64,000 nt of DNA from Candidatus Heimdallarchaeota archaeon (GCA_030149205.1 JASBSB010000007.1:422473-486472), one strand, 5' to 3'; numbered from the stretch's first letter, positions 30,441 through 41,792 are shown. A program made the numbers and translations. The notes: generated by a model not told the origin, from the sequence alone.

Positions 30441-33400
30441 GTGATTAAAATGAAGAAATTTACAATTTCAATACTTTCTGTTATCTTGCTTCTTATGCTG
30501 GTCTCTAACCCATTGGTAAGCATCCATGGATTGAGCAGCTCAGATGTAACCTCAAAACCAGAACTTACTCCTTTGAAGGACTGGAAAGATGGCATAGTGA
30601 AGGATAACGGGACAAACCTAAATCCAAACGGAGTCTACGATCAAAACACAGATCTTGGAAAATTTCTGTCAGATCAGAAATCGACATTTGATAAAAAATG
30701 GGATCCATGGCTCACTCAAGGTGCAGTTCATGCTGTGGCATCAACTGCTGACGGAGACATGATGGCAATAGCAACTGGATATCTCTATGATAACCAGATA
30801 CATGTGTACAGATACAACCACAAAACACTGCAATATGATCACGTATGGGAAGTAGGCGGTGGAGTGTTTCAGTCTGATGTATTTACATTGGATTTTGCAG
30901 ACACAGACTACAACAATCTTACTGAGATAATTGCCGGTGGAAATGACGGAAGAATCTATGTGTTTGAGCAAAGGCATCTTTATGATCCAGTTACAAATAT
31001 GGAAAACATGTTTGATCTGGTTTGGACAAGCCCTCGTCTTGGAAGAATCTTTAGTGTGACTGTGGACGACACAGATATGGACTTCCGGAAAGATATTGTG
31101 ATTGGAACTGGTGATACAGTCAGATGGTATGAATATGATAACCACTCCAACTATCCCTTCACAAAGGATCACTGGATGACATTCAGAGAGGTAAGCACCT
31201 TTAAAGCAAACTCACAGATTACCGCCTTAGGTGTGTCTGATGTAAACAGCAACGGGTTGAAAGAGGTTGCAGTGGGTCAAAAGTCTGGAGAGATTCAACT
31301 GCTTGAGAATGCTGGGGTTGTAATCCCCATCAACGGGAAAAAATTCCCCTATTATCAAGATAACACCTATAGACAAATCTGGAGCTCGAATAACACCCTT
31401 AGAAGAGGTATAAGCTCTATGAGTGGTGGAGACCTGGATAATGATGGGTATCGAGAACTCTTGATTGCAGTTCAAGGTCAAGGAGCCTATGTTCTTGATC
31501 AATTAGACGGGCAGCTTGGCACATACAGAATCGAAAGACCATTTGCACCATGGGAATCCAACATGACTGCGTTTTATTCATTGGATTACTATATAGACTC
31601 AATGGTCAACTCATCTAGCATGTTCAATGGAACGTGGCTACCACTTGCCTCTGCTAATGTGTATTACAAGAACATTACAAACAGCTATCAGGAGCCATTC
31701 AACATAAGTAAATATGTCTATGATAACTATCCCTACAACTCAGAGACTGTCAGAGTTCCTGATAATAAATACACAACCTTGGATGGAACCAAGGTTCCAG
31801 GAAAAGCAGCATGGGCAGTTTATGATTTTGGGCATGATGAAGAGGCAGCTGGTAATGGCGTGCCTACTCAGTATGACCTATCAATACTTCTGCACTCTAC
31901 AAGCACAGCAGTTAATCCAACAGATATTGAGATCTCAATTTCGGCAGATAATGTAAACTTTCACAAGATTGATTCTAAGTACATTAAGTTTAACTCAAGC
32001 GTTCCATTGAATACTTACTACCGTGCATTCAATGTTGAGGTTGATCCAACCCTGATAAATGCATCTTTGGATTATTACAGATATATTAACATCACGGTGT
32101 TTAGTAAAAAACTGGTCATAGATTCAATGAAGACCCTCTCAATAAATAACCCGATTTATGATGCACAATCAACAGAGGTTGGTCCTCTTCTCTTCAAGGG
32201 AGAGACTGTCGCAGAGAAGGCAGGGTTTATTGGAACAATTGACGGTACAATCTTGGCCGTTACCTGGAACCCAACCATGAAACGATACACAATTTCATGG
32301 GACAGTTGGGTAAATGAAAGATTTAAGCTGAAGAAAAACATCTTTGATATGGAGCTGGTTCATAAGTCTGGTAGATTCCCATCTATCATCGGAAACAAGT
32401 TCCTTGCTTCGATTGCTGATTTTACATCTGGGTTAATCAATCCTTTCAATGGCTTCACAGAGAAAGTAGTGTCCTATTCTGCAGAAAACTTCTATAACTA
32501 TCAACAGGAGCCTCGAGCAGAGTTTGTTATCTCAACTGATAGCGGGAGATTATTAATTTACAGACAGCAGGCAGATAACTCACCTCTGGTTTTAGATAAA
32601 GCCCTGTCTAAGCAAATGTTTGACACACCCATGGTGTATTCAAGTAAACTTGCAAACAATTTGACAACGGTGATGCAATACATAAATCAGAGGAAGGCTC
32701 TAGCTAATGGACCAAAATATTTTACGGTTTCATTCGTTCCGTTAGAAAATGGTATTATGGATGGATTTCTTGGAACCCAATTAAACATAATCAACACACC
32801 GTTTTTGATGCTCTTAGGTGAATGGACTGGTTCATTAGGTGATCTACAAGCACAATTGACAGGAGTCCCTGATTCACCCGTTCAAAATAATGATCTGACC
32901 ATGTGGTATGTATACAACTTCCCATTAGGGAACGCTGCCTGTGATCCAGCATTAGAACAATGTACAACCGTTGTACCTTATATGAATGACCGTACAAATG
33001 CGCCTTACAGTCTGAAGGACTTGGATCTGACTGGACAAATGCTTGGATATTTCAGACAATCCAGTTGGATGCCAAAAATTGCTGGCGGTGATTTTATTGG
33101 CTCCTCTTCGAAAGATCTCGTTCTAACAAATGGAAAATTGATGCTGTTGGAGGTAAGTTATTCGGCAGACCCGAATTATATTCCCACTAAACCCAAAAAT
33201 CAATTCGTAGCTGGGCCATCAGTTTGGGGATCGTTTAGCCCCACAAGTCAGATTATCTACACAGCTAACCCCTCCTATTTCTCACAAATCAATGAGATGT
33301 CTAATGGAAGGCAATGGACGAATCCATATCCAGTGGACTTTGATAATGATGGTGATCTTGATCTTATTCTTAGCTTTGCAAGGTATGATACAACCACGTT

Positions 33401-36400
33401 CACAGTTGATCTGAAGAAGTACGGAATGACATATTTCGAGAACGCAGGAACCCGAAACAATCCAATCTGGATTGAAAGGAAGAAGGCTGTGACAAACAAT
33501 GACCCAGATTCAAATCTTAGAGTTAACTTGTACACAGATCCAGTTTTCATTAACGATAACTATGATCTAAAGTTTGGGTATTATCCTACAGTTGGATACC
33601 ATCCTTACTTTAAGACAGGTTTACCTTCCAGATTGGTCATGTTCAATCTCCCAAGCATCTCTGCCGGAGTGTTTGACGGAAAGTTAAACTCCTTCAAGCT
33701 TAATTATGAACCTGGAACCTCACTGATGGTGGCAACCTACCCAGAGACAAAAAGACTTGATATAAATCTCATGGACTATAATATGGGGTTGCTTGGGCAG
33801 ACTAACTTTGGGTACCATATCTTTGAAAGTTGGAACAATGGTCGAGAGCTAAATAACTGGACTCTCTCCCTCAGTACAGCAGATATGGATCAAGATGGAA
33901 AGAATGAGGTAATTGTTGGTGATTTTAACAACAATGCGTATGTATTTGAACATCTCACAAACAACACCTACAAGAGAGCCTACAAGACACCTGATATCAA
34001 TCGAACAGTGGTCACAGATCAAAGTCCATATGCCAGTAACCTATTTACGGGTATTAGTGGAAACTTTAACAGGACAATCTTTAACCACGCAACATTTACG
34101 ATGGCAGGGGTAGACTTAAACAATAACACACTCCAAGAATTCATCATTGCAACTGACTCTGTCTTGTATGTATTTGAATCCTATCTTACAAGAGCAGGAA
34201 GGATAAGGGATGACTCATACAGGTTAATCGCACAGATTGATCTTTATTCCCTTCCAGCCCTCTCAAGGATGGATCGTAGCTTGATCAAGGTCAGCTCACT
34301 GACATGGGCAAACGACATCACCAATGATGGCAACAGAGAATTAGTTGTCGCTGTTGGTCCCGCATTGTTAATTTTTGATATTCAATCACTTAATCATGAC
34401 ACAAGCCTTGCCTTTGTAAAACAGGTGTTTATGAATAGATTAGACTCAAATCTGTTCAACTGGAATGAAATTTTCTTCAAAGACACCTACAATGCCACCG
34501 GAAAGTACAACATGCCAGGAAACTACCTGATATCATTGAATCAGGTAATCTCTTCAGTCCTTGTTGAAGACATCAACAAGAATGGAAAGATGAATATAGT
34601 CATTGCAGGAAAAGATCTTGATACAGCTAAGCCTATAAGGGACGGCTTCATCAGAATCTATGAATGGACTGGTGTGAACTTTGATCAGATTATTGCTCCT
34701 GAGGTGTTTAAAAAGACAACCCAGTTCAATATGATTACTGATCTAGAGACAGATGACGCAGACCATGATGGTTTAACAGAACTAATAATTGGACATCAAA
34801 ATGGAATTGATATCTATGAGGTTACGGGTAGTAACACAGTTGAATATCGTGAGACAATCACCTCGAACCCTCATTATCAAGTGCCAAAGCATAATTATCT
34901 AGGTTTGGGAAGAACTCCCACCACATTCACAAACGCAAAGGATGTAGTGCTACTTTCCAATGGGACTCTATTGATGGCATATGTTGTACAAGTGACCAAA
35001 GGAAACTTTGAGATAAGGGTTGCAGGATCAAACGATGATGGAGCAACTTGGATCCAATATGGTGCAATAACCTATTCTGGAACAGCATCTGCGAGCTATC
35101 CTGGTGCTTTGGTTGCAATCGAAAGTATAGACCTATTGATCAAAGGTGGATTATTGTGGTTATCTTTTGCGGAAAGACGCAGTGACACACCTACTACCGA
35201 TGTGGCTGTGTTTTACGTAATTAGAAACCTACAGTTCAAAACATCAAACACCGCATACTTTGTTAGTGCAACCTCAGTAACACGAAACAGTGAGCAATCT
35301 GCCTCACCACAAATGTTTAACTTTCCAAATGCATCTACTACAGAGGTTGGGTTTGTTTACTTTAACTTCCAAAACTCAAGCTTATGGTTCTTAAGAGCAG
35401 ATACAGCCTATGCAGGGATTTTTGGAACATACTTTTCCGCAAGCACAAGAGTCCTATGGGCTAACGGGTCAGTTTTAGGGGAAAAATTCCTTGTTCACTC
35501 ACTCAGCGTCTATGATCAACCTAGAGGAAACTCACTCGATTTCGCATTTGCTGGATACCCCCGAAACGAATCCCTCTCACTTGCAGTGAACCTGTACTAT
35601 GTGTCTGTGGATATATTTCGAGCTTCTAGCTGGATGTTTAACTTTACAAAACAACCAACCAAGGTGTTACAGGGTAACCTGCCAATTAAGTTCCCATCTA
35701 TTATTCGAATGCAGGATACTGGGGCATTACTCATCTCCTTTGAGCAGCTATCCCTGAAGCCATTTGGTGGACTTTATGCTGCTTGGTCAAATGATCTTGG
35801 AACCTCATGGAATGGACCATATTCTATGACTCATCCTTATGGTTTGGATCTCCCTCTACTCACAGCATTACCGACCCCATCCAAAGAATCCTACAGAGTT
35901 GGAACATATGATGGCAGAATCATGCTTGATTTCTTTGATGTCAGAAGACCTGTCCTTGTACCTACAAAAGGAAGTGGATTTACTCAAGTTTATAATGTGT
36001 ACTTCACCACAAACCTGAGGAGAGAGGGTTCTATTGGGTATTGTGCTTCTTACACCTTCAATTTTGGGGATATTGCACAAACCATCTCTGGCACCTGTGA
36101 TCCATACTCAGGCACTTCCAGGGTTTTGGCTTCTTTCCACAATCCGTGGAGTAACTTCACCACGTATTCCCTGAGAGGAGTTACTGATCTTACAGTTGGG
36201 GACACAGATAATGATGGTAGACATGAGATACTTGCACTTAGCGGAAATCAGGCATATCTGTATGAATTTGCACACAACAGTAAGACATTCATTAGACATG
36301 TTGAGACCTGGATATCTGATCCATATGATCAGCAACTACGTAAAGGTGCAATCTCAGATGCAAACGGAAATGGTATCCCTGAAATTATTCTCGAAACAGC

Positions 36401-39173
36401 AAGGGGTGTTGTAAACTCTTTTGAGTTGGTCAAAGCCAACAAAGAGGCACCAAATCTGAAGTATCCAATACTTGACGCCACAATCTCTACAACCGCAGGG
36501 ATGAATAATTTAGTTCGTGAGATAATCCCAGTGGATGTAAACGCTGATGGTGTGGATGATATACTTTACAACACTCAGAATGGTGAACTAGTTGCAATTA
36601 ACGGTAAGGACAACACACTCATCTATAATGTGTTAAGTCCTTCACTGCCTCTAAGGTCAACGAGTCATGCAATATTTAACGATGTGAATCTTGTCCTTAT
36701 CTCTCACAAGGCGACAGGAAAGGCAGAATTTGTTGTTATGCCATATAACAACCTTCTGTATATCTACAAGTTGGATGGAACCTATGTGGGGTCCAAGATA
36801 CTTGGTATCAATGGAACAGACTTCATTTCAGGGATACAGGCGATAAACTTAGATAACTCAGGTTTTGATGAGCTCGTTGTATCTGTCTCAAACGGAACAA
36901 TCGTTGCCTATGATATGTCAAATCTTGTGGTTAGATTCTCTGTTCCCAGCAGTAAAAGCTTCATCACAAATGAATACATTGAGACCTTTAGAGTTGCCCA
37001 CTATCTGAGTAATTCCAGCTTCAGTCTTGTAACAGTAACCAACAATGGTTTCTTTGAGATGTTTGACCTCACAACATTAACGTCTGTCTGGACAAAGCAA
37101 ACAGCTGTCTCATTTGGTCGTATGGATGTGTCAACCTCTACCGACTGGAATGTCCTAAATGTGGGAGATTTCAATGGTGATGGGTTAGATGATTTGGCAG
37201 GAGGTCTTAATACCACAATCGTCCTCAAAGGTTCCAACGGTGACCAGCTCTGGAACCAAACTAACTCAAATCAAGTAATTCAAAGTGAGGCAATTGTTGA
37301 GGACATTAACGGAGATGGTATCGTCGATTTTATCATCACCTATTACTCCTCTTTAACACCAAACGCTTTGATAATGAAAGCTGTCTCTGGATTAACAGGT
37401 ACTGTGCTTTGGTCTTACCAACTTAAAGATCAGGCTGGACTCGTGATTCCAGAATCATTTGTCTCATCTTTACTTGCCCCTGGTAAGAGGTTAATAACCG
37501 CTGGACTGTATGCCTTCGATTCCTATGGCTTAGTGAGTTCTGCAGAAACTGGACAGGTGATGCTTGGAGTCAAGAACCCCATTTCTCTGCTCAGTTCTGC
37601 ACTTCTGGAGAAAGGTCAAGCAGAGCCAAAATTTGTCACTGGTGATCTCAATGGGACAGTCAGAATATACTCAATCTATGATGGTACCCCACCAGTCAAC
37701 CGTGTAAAAACACCTCAGCTTCAAAAAACACCATTCATCAGAGTGGGTTCTGATTTCACAGAGCGAACCAAATTCTTTGTACAGGATGTTTTTGGAGGAG
37801 ATGGGATTGATGACATATTTGTGGTCGATGATAATTACATTGGTGGTGCAGATACAAACAGACTCCTCAATGACCCAAGCTATAACACAGTTGAATGGTC
37901 TAAGGATCTCAAATTCAGTGGGAAGCTGTTAACTGCCATTCACGGTGACTTCAACAAGGATGGGAAAGCTGAAATTGTGGTAGCATTTGAAAATTACTGG
38001 ATGTCCGTTGATATGAGAACTGGCTCAGTTCTCTGGAACAAAACACTTCCAATCAGCTCTGGGAATATTGCACTCTCAATGTCTTTACAGAATGCATCTC
38101 TCAACAAAAACTTGCCAGGAACCCAAATTGCATTCTCTCTGGTTGAGAAAAACCCAACCTCAGGAGACAACATTACCTCCTTTGGGTATATTAACCCTGC
38201 TACAGGTGATCTATTGGATCTGTACTTCTTCACTGATTTCAAGAACCCCTCATTCACACTGGTTGATATTGACAAAGATGGATACGCTGAGTTTGTTGGA
38301 GCAATCAACCATCAGACAAACCCACTGGTAAACCGATATGTCATTTACCAGATTGACCAGGTAACTGGAAAGTTCATCATCATCAAAGATGCATACGTAA
38401 CAGGATATCCTCCCATCAGTCAAGTCATTGGTGGTGAGTTTGATCTGAGTAACACCAAAAGAGAGTTCACATTCGTTTTTGACTACTCTAGAATCAAAAT
38501 TCCATTCCCAATGTATGATTTCTCAAGAGTTCCATCCATCATGTTTACTCTCACAGCAGACCTGACCACCAAGGTGCTTCAGGCAACCAACAACACCATT
38601 GGTGTGGCACCCTTTGGTGGTGAAGCCCGACGCTATATGCTGACTGATTACAACAAGGATGGACTTAATGAGGTTATCATTCAGACCGGATTTGGAGACC
38701 TTTATCAGATACAATATGGCAATTCTGGAATTTACATCAAAACTGGTGGAAAAATTGCAAGTGTGGCAGTGCCCTACGCAGAGACACCTTTCCTTGTTGG
38801 AAATTTCTTTGCTGGTGTATCCAATGCAATGGCTGTGGTCATAAGTAGCGATGCAATGTCTCTCTATGATAATGCGAAACTTGACCCAACTGCAACGCCA
38901 AAGGGAAGTGTGGTATTAGCGATTGACACTATTCAGGATATCATCCCTGGGCACTATGACAAAGATACTATTACCGATATAATGGTGATCAGTAAGGCTG
39001 GATATGTGTGGGTGGTAAACTCAGTTAACCTCAGTCCACTTCAGCTAAACGAAAAAGGCATAGTAAAACCTGAACAGCAAAGCACAGTAACAGACAGAGT
39101 TGAAGTCATACCTGGGTTAATGCTTACTATCTTTGTGATGATCATTATCCTGAGAAGAAAAAAGAAGAACTAG
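30441..39173 (+). CDS. Giant (2910 aa) secreted integrin-alpha-like protein: more than a dozen FG-GAP/VCBS beta-propeller repeats plus a BNR (sialidase-like) propeller and a C-terminal TM anchor
   Basis: Signal peptide. Recurring 'D.N.DG..E/D..(I/V)G' FG-GAP Ca-loop motifs (DLDNDGYRELLIAV, DFDNDGDLDLILSF, DMDQDGKNEVIVGDF, DTDNDGRHEILAL, DVNADGVDDILYN, DFNGDGLDDLAGG, DINGDGIVDFIIT, DFNKDGKAEIVVAF, DIDKDGYAEFVGA, DYNKDGLNEVIIQ). BNR motifs 'SNDDGATWIQ' and 'SNDLGTSWNG'. C-terminal 'IPGLMLTIFVMIIIL-RRKKKN'. Track start is GTG at 30441; ATG at 30450 (MKKFT) is more likely. Abuts the upstream stop codon. Confidence 0.8.
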   Translation: MIKMKKFTISILSVILLLMLVSNPLVSIHGLSSSDVTSKPELTPLKDWKDGIVKDNGTNLNPNGVYDQNTDLGKFLSDQKSTFDKKWDPWLTQGAVHAVASTADGDMMAIATGYLYDNQIHVYRYNHKTLQYDHVWEVGGGVFQSDVFTLDFADTDYNNLTEIIAGGNDGRIYVFEQRHLYDPVTNMENMFDLVWTSPRLGRIFSVTVDDTDMDFRKDIVIGTGDTVRWYEYDNHSNYPFTKDHWMTFREVSTFKANSQITALGVSDVNSNGLKEVAVGQKSGEIQLLENAGVVIPINGKKFPYYQDNTYRQIWSSNNTLRRGISSMSGGDLDNDGYRELLIAVQGQGAYVLDQLDGQLGTYRIERPFAPWESNMTAFYSLDYYIDSMVNSSSMFNGTWLPLASANVYYKNITNSYQEPFNISKYVYDNYPYNSETVRVPDNKYTTLDGTKVPGKAAWAVYDFGHDEEAAGNGVPTQYDLSILLHSTSTAVNPTDIEISISADNVNFHKIDSKYIKFNSSVPLNTYYRAFNVEVDPTLINASLDYYRYINITVFSKKLVIDSMKTLSINNPIYDAQSTEVGPLLFKGETVAEKAGFIGTIDGTILAVTWNPTMKRYTISWDSWVNERFKLKKNIFDMELVHKSGRFPSIIGNKFLASIADFTSGLINPFNGFTEKVVSYSAENFYNYQQEPRAEFVISTDSGRLLIYRQQADNSPLVLDKALSKQMFDTPMVYSSKLANNLTTVMQYINQRKALANGPKYFTVSFVPLENGIMDGFLGTQLNIINTPFLMLLGEWTGSLGDLQAQLTGVPDSPVQNNDLTMWYVYNFPLGNAACDPALEQCTTVVPYMNDRTNAPYSLKDLDLTGQMLGYFRQSSWMPKIAGGDFIGSSSKDLVLTNGKLMLLEVSYSADPNYIPTKPKNQFVAGPSVWGSFSPTSQIIYTANPSYFSQINEMSNGRQWTNPYPVDFDNDGDLDLILSFARYDTTTFTVDLKKYGMTYFENAGTRNNPIWIERKKAVTNNDPDSNLRVNLYTDPVFINDNYDLKFGYYPTVGYHPYFKTGLPSRLVMFNLPSISAGVFDGKLNSFKLNYEPGTSLMVATYPETKRLDINLMDYNMGLLGQTNFGYHIFESWNNGRELNNWTLSLSTADMDQDGKNEVIVGDFNNNAYVFEHLTNNTYKRAYKTPDINRTVVTDQSPYASNLFTGISGNFNRTIFNHATFTMAGVDLNNNTLQEFIIATDSVLYVFESYLTRAGRIRDDSYRLIAQIDLYSLPALSRMDRSLIKVSSLTWANDITNDGNRELVVAVGPALLIFDIQSLNHDTSLAFVKQVFMNRLDSNLFNWNEIFFKDTYNATGKYNMPGNYLISLNQVISSVLVEDINKNGKMNIVIAGKDLDTAKPIRDGFIRIYEWTGVNFDQIIAPEVFKKTTQFNMITDLETDDADHDGLTELIIGHQNGIDIYEVTGSNTVEYRETITSNPHYQVPKHNYLGLGRTPTTFTNAKDVVLLSNGTLLMAYVVQVTKGNFEIRVAGSNDDGATWIQYGAITYSGTASASYPGALVAIESIDLLIKGGLLWLSFAERRSDTPTTDVAVFYVIRNLQFKTSNTAYFVSATSVTRNSEQSASPQMFNFPNASTTEVGFVYFNFQNSSLWFLRADTAYAGIFGTYFSASTRVLWANGSVLGEKFLVHSLSVYDQPRGNSLDFAFAGYPRNESLSLAVNLYYVSVDIFRASSWMFNFTKQPTKVLQGNLPIKFPSIIRMQDTGALLISFEQLSLKPFGGLYAAWSNDLGTSWNGPYSMTHPYGLDLPLLTALPTPSKESYRVGTYDGRIMLDFFDVRRPVLVPTKGSGFTQVYNVYFTTNLRREGSIGYCASYTFNFGDIAQTISGTCDPYSGTSRVLASFHNPWSNFTTYSLRGVTDLTVGDTDNDGRHEILALSGNQAYLYEFAHNSKTFIRHVETWISDPYDQQLRKGAISDANGNGIPEIILETARGVVNSFELVKANKEAPNLKYPILDATISTTAGMNNLVREIIPVDVNADGVDDILYNTQNGELVAINGKDNTLIYNVLSPSLPLRSTSHAIFNDVNLVLISHKATGKAEFVVMPYNNLLYIYKLDGTYVGSKILGINGTDFISGIQAINLDNSGFDELVVSVSNGTIVAYDMSNLVVRFSVPSSKSFITNEYIETFRVAHYLSNSSFSLVTVTNNGFFEMFDLTTLTSVWTKQTAVSFGRMDVSTSTDWNVLNVGDFNGDGLDDLAGGLNTTIVLKGSNGDQLWNQTNSNQVIQSEAIVEDINGDGIVDFIITYYSSLTPNALIMKAVSGLTGTVLWSYQLKDQAGLVIPESFVSSLLAPGKRLITAGLYAFDSYGLVSSAETGQVMLGVKNPISLLSSALLEKGQAEPKFVTGDLNGTVRIYSIYDGTPPVNRVKTPQLQKTPFIRVGSDFTERTKFFVQDVFGGDGIDDIFVVDDNYIGGADTNRLLNDPSYNTVEWSKDLKFSGKLLTAIHGDFNKDGKAEIVVAFENYWMSVDMRTGSVLWNKTLPISSGNIALSMSLQNASLNKNLPGTQIAFSLVEKNPTSGDNITSFGYINPATGDLLDLYFFTDFKNPSFTLVDIDKDGYAEFVGAINHQTNPLVNRYVIYQIDQVTGKFIIIKDAYVTGYPPISQVIGGEFDLSNTKREFTFVFDYSRIKIPFPMYDFSRVPSIMFTLTADLTTKVLQATNNTIGVAPFGGEARRYMLTDYNKDGLNEVIIQTGFGDLYQIQYGNSGIYIKTGGKIASVAVPYAETPFLVGNFFAGVSNAMAVVISSDAMSLYDNAKLDPTATPKGSVVLAIDTIQDIIPGHYDKDTITDIMVISKAGYVWVVNSVNLSPLQLNEKGIVKPEQQSTVTDRVEVIPGLMLTIFVMIIILRRKKKN

Positions 39174-39293
39174 TTAAATTAATCAATCCAAGATCTTTAC
39201 AAATTATAAAAATTTAAACAAACAAATAATTAACAACAAATAAGATATTTCACAGTAAAATTTTAATACGGTAAAAATTAACATATATGTACT

Positions 39294-41792
39294 ATGACTA
39301 ATGGTAAGAGTATATCAACTCTGTTATTTATCTCATTGTTTTCTCTACTAATTTTGTCTAATCTGACAAATGCAAATAGTGTAACATTGACTTCAGAGGA
39401 TTTAAGTGAATTAAAAAGTTTTAGAGGGGATACTTCACTAACTAAGATGGCAAAATCCCCCGTATACCCTTCTTTAACACCTCAGGCTTTGACTTCGATA
39501 TCAGTCACAAAAGATTCTGATCTTTCAACTTTTCCTGGTTCAGGAACTGTCCTTGATCCCTATAGGATCGAAAATAAGGCTGATGTATCTATTTCCATAG
39601 GGAACACTCGTTCTTATTTTGTTGTTCAAAATGTGCGAACCACAGCATCAATTTCGATGTACAATGTTAGTAATGCAATTGTACGAAACGTTACAACATC
39701 CGGTTTCAGTCTCACGATGGGGATAAGCAACACTTTGATTGAGAATAACACCATTTCGGCTGGATATGATGCTTTAACCTTAAATGGGGGTTTAAACACG
39801 ATAATCAATAATAATAGTTTTAGCCTACCTATAATTGGTGCTTCTTCAGGGATTAAAGTTGATGCAAGCAAAAATATCATCATTTCTAATAATTCGATTA
39901 ATGGAGCTATCGGAATTAATATAGGTTCAAATTCCGAAAATATCACTATCGCTGACAATCAGATACAAAATGCATCTCGAAATGGGATTCAGATGGGTCC
40001 ATTGTTCTCTAGTATTGTCAGCATTACGAACATCACCTTGAAATCAAACAATATTAGCAATTCTGGTTACAGCGGAGTCTGGATTGGATACGTAAGTAAT
40101 GTGACTTTAATTGGTAATTATATCAAAGATTCAGTACAGGCATCGCTCTCCCTCTATTCGTCATCTAACGTAACTCTACTTACAAATAAATTTGTTAATG
40201 GGACGTTTCTATTTGACATGTCCTCCCTAAAAAATTTTAAGTTATTTGGAAACACTATGGATGGATTCCCTATGGTTTTTCTAAATAATGCAAATAATTC
40301 TATAATTAATACACAAAATTCATTCTTGTTCATTGTTAATTCAACAAATATTCTTGTTAAAAATTCTATTCAATCAATAATCAAATTTTACTCGTCACAG
40401 AATATCACGATAATCAATAATTTGCAGATAGATTCGCTTGAAGTTTACAACTCTAAGAACCTTACTGTCACACAGAACGTTTTTTCTTCAATTGGTGATG
40501 TAATAATTCAAGGGACCTCTCACGGGTTCATCTCTAATAACACCTTTTCAACGGGTAAAGCTACATCGATTTTTCTGCAAGACGGAGACACCTTTACACT
40601 TTCTCATAATTCGTTCCAAGGAGGTTTATCTGGAACAAGTCTCAATAATGTGTCTTCAAGCACAATTAAAGGAAATTTATACAAAAACTTTGCATCTACA
40701 GCTTTAGTGGTACAATCCTCAACAAACAACACCATAGCTGACAATTCATTTTTCAATACGTCGACAGGCATAAGTTTAACCCACACGACAACCAATCTTA
40801 TATCAAATAACAGTCTAAATCTTTTCGGCACTGGTATCTCTCTTTCCACTTCAGGGAAGAATAATATTACTAAGAACAACCTTCAAAATTCTAACAATGA
40901 CGGAATTTATCTCTACGCTTCAGATGGAGTAAGGGTATTAAAAAACACAATCTCAAAAACAAGCACAGGAATTAACGAATTTGGGTCTAAAAACCTGTTA
41001 ATTCAACAGAATCATATCAAAGATTCAACCTTATATGGGTTGTTTCTTTATTCAGTAAGTGTTAGTCAGGTCAAAGAAAATACCATAACAAGCAGTAAAT
41101 TATATGCAATAAAATTAGGTTCAAGCTCATATCTAAATGAAATCTCCTCCAATAATTTCTTAGGTAATAATGTTGGAGGCACACAGGCTATAGATGATGG
41201 AACTGAAAACCACTTTATTGGAAATTACTGGAGCGATTGGATATCTCCAGATGCTAATCATGATCGAATTGTAGACTCACCTTATATTATAGATGGGACT
41301 GCTAAATCTAATGACTCTTCTCCTTCAGTGTACTTTATTCCCACCTATGATTATCAGGCACCAGTTATCACAGCAGCACAATCGTCAATCAATATGACTG
41401 AGGGAGATAACACAAAAGCAGTTATTTGGACAATTGGAGATAAGCATCCTGCAACCTTCTTGATAATTATTGATGGAGTAATTTCTGGAAATCGTACTTG
41501 GACTAATACAACCGTACAATTTTTCTTATCAGGGGAAATGCCTGGGTTTCATAACTATACTATCGTGGTTTGGGATGAATTTGGGAATTTTGCCAGTAAC
41601 ACAGTATTTGTAACGATTAATGCAAAACCAACACCTGTGTCATCTATTGCTACAACATCTGTAACACCAACACCAACACCTCCATTAACATCACCAGGAT
41701 CACCTATTCCATTGCCAAATCTTTGGGTGATCATTTCCGGTATGATATCTATAGCTCTAATAATTCGAATTAAAAAGCACAGGATAAAGTAA
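39294..41792 (+). CDS. Secreted right-handed parallel beta-helix (PbH1-repeat) surface protein with Thr/Pro linker and C-terminal TM anchor
   Basis: Signal peptide. Approximately 22-residue periodic 'N.I..N.I.....GI.L' repeats (NNTISAGYDALTLNGGLNTIINNNSFS, ...). 'TPTPTPPLTSPGSP' linker, then TM 'WVIISGMISIALII' plus KKHRIK. Confidence 0.75.
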   Translation: MTNGKSISTLLFISLFSLLILSNLTNANSVTLTSEDLSELKSFRGDTSLTKMAKSPVYPSLTPQALTSISVTKDSDLSTFPGSGTVLDPYRIENKADVSISIGNTRSYFVVQNVRTTASISMYNVSNAIVRNVTTSGFSLTMGISNTLIENNTISAGYDALTLNGGLNTIINNNSFSLPIIGASSGIKVDASKNIIISNNSINGAIGINIGSNSENITIADNQIQNASRNGIQMGPLFSSIVSITNITLKSNNISNSGYSGVWIGYVSNVTLIGNYIKDSVQASLSLYSSSNVTLLTNKFVNGTFLFDMSSLKNFKLFGNTMDGFPMVFLNNANNSIINTQNSFLFIVNSTNILVKNSIQSIIKFYSSQNITIINNLQIDSLEVYNSKNLTVTQNVFSSIGDVIIQGTSHGFISNNTFSTGKATSIFLQDGDTFTLSHNSFQGGLSGTSLNNVSSSTIKGNLYKNFASTALVVQSSTNNTIADNSFFNTSTGISLTHTTTNLISNNSLNLFGTGISLSTSGKNNITKNNLQNSNNDGIYLYASDGVRVLKNTISKTSTGINEFGSKNLLIQQNHIKDSTLYGLFLYSVSVSQVKENTITSSKLYAIKLGSSSYLNEISSNNFLGNNVGGTQAIDDGTENHFIGNYWSDWISPDANHDRIVDSPYIIDGTAKSNDSSPSVYFIPTYDYQAPVITAAQSSINMTEGDNTKAVIWTIGDKHPATFLIIIDGVISGNRTWTNTTVQFFLSGEMPGFHNYTIVVWDEFGNFASNTVFVTINAKPTPVSSIATTSVTPTPTPPLTSPGSPIPLPNLWVIISGMISIALIIRIKKHRIK

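Noticed and set aside
25052-39958. Numerous 60-140-aa antisense or alternative-frame ORFs in the track lying within the giant surface-protein genes (e.g. 25052-25456, 26756-27127, 30741-31172, 33275-33550, 38523-38714, 39626-39958)
   Set aside because: All lie inside long, domain-rich ORFs on the opposite strand or in another frame; no motifs. They read as frame-shadow ORFs expected by chance.
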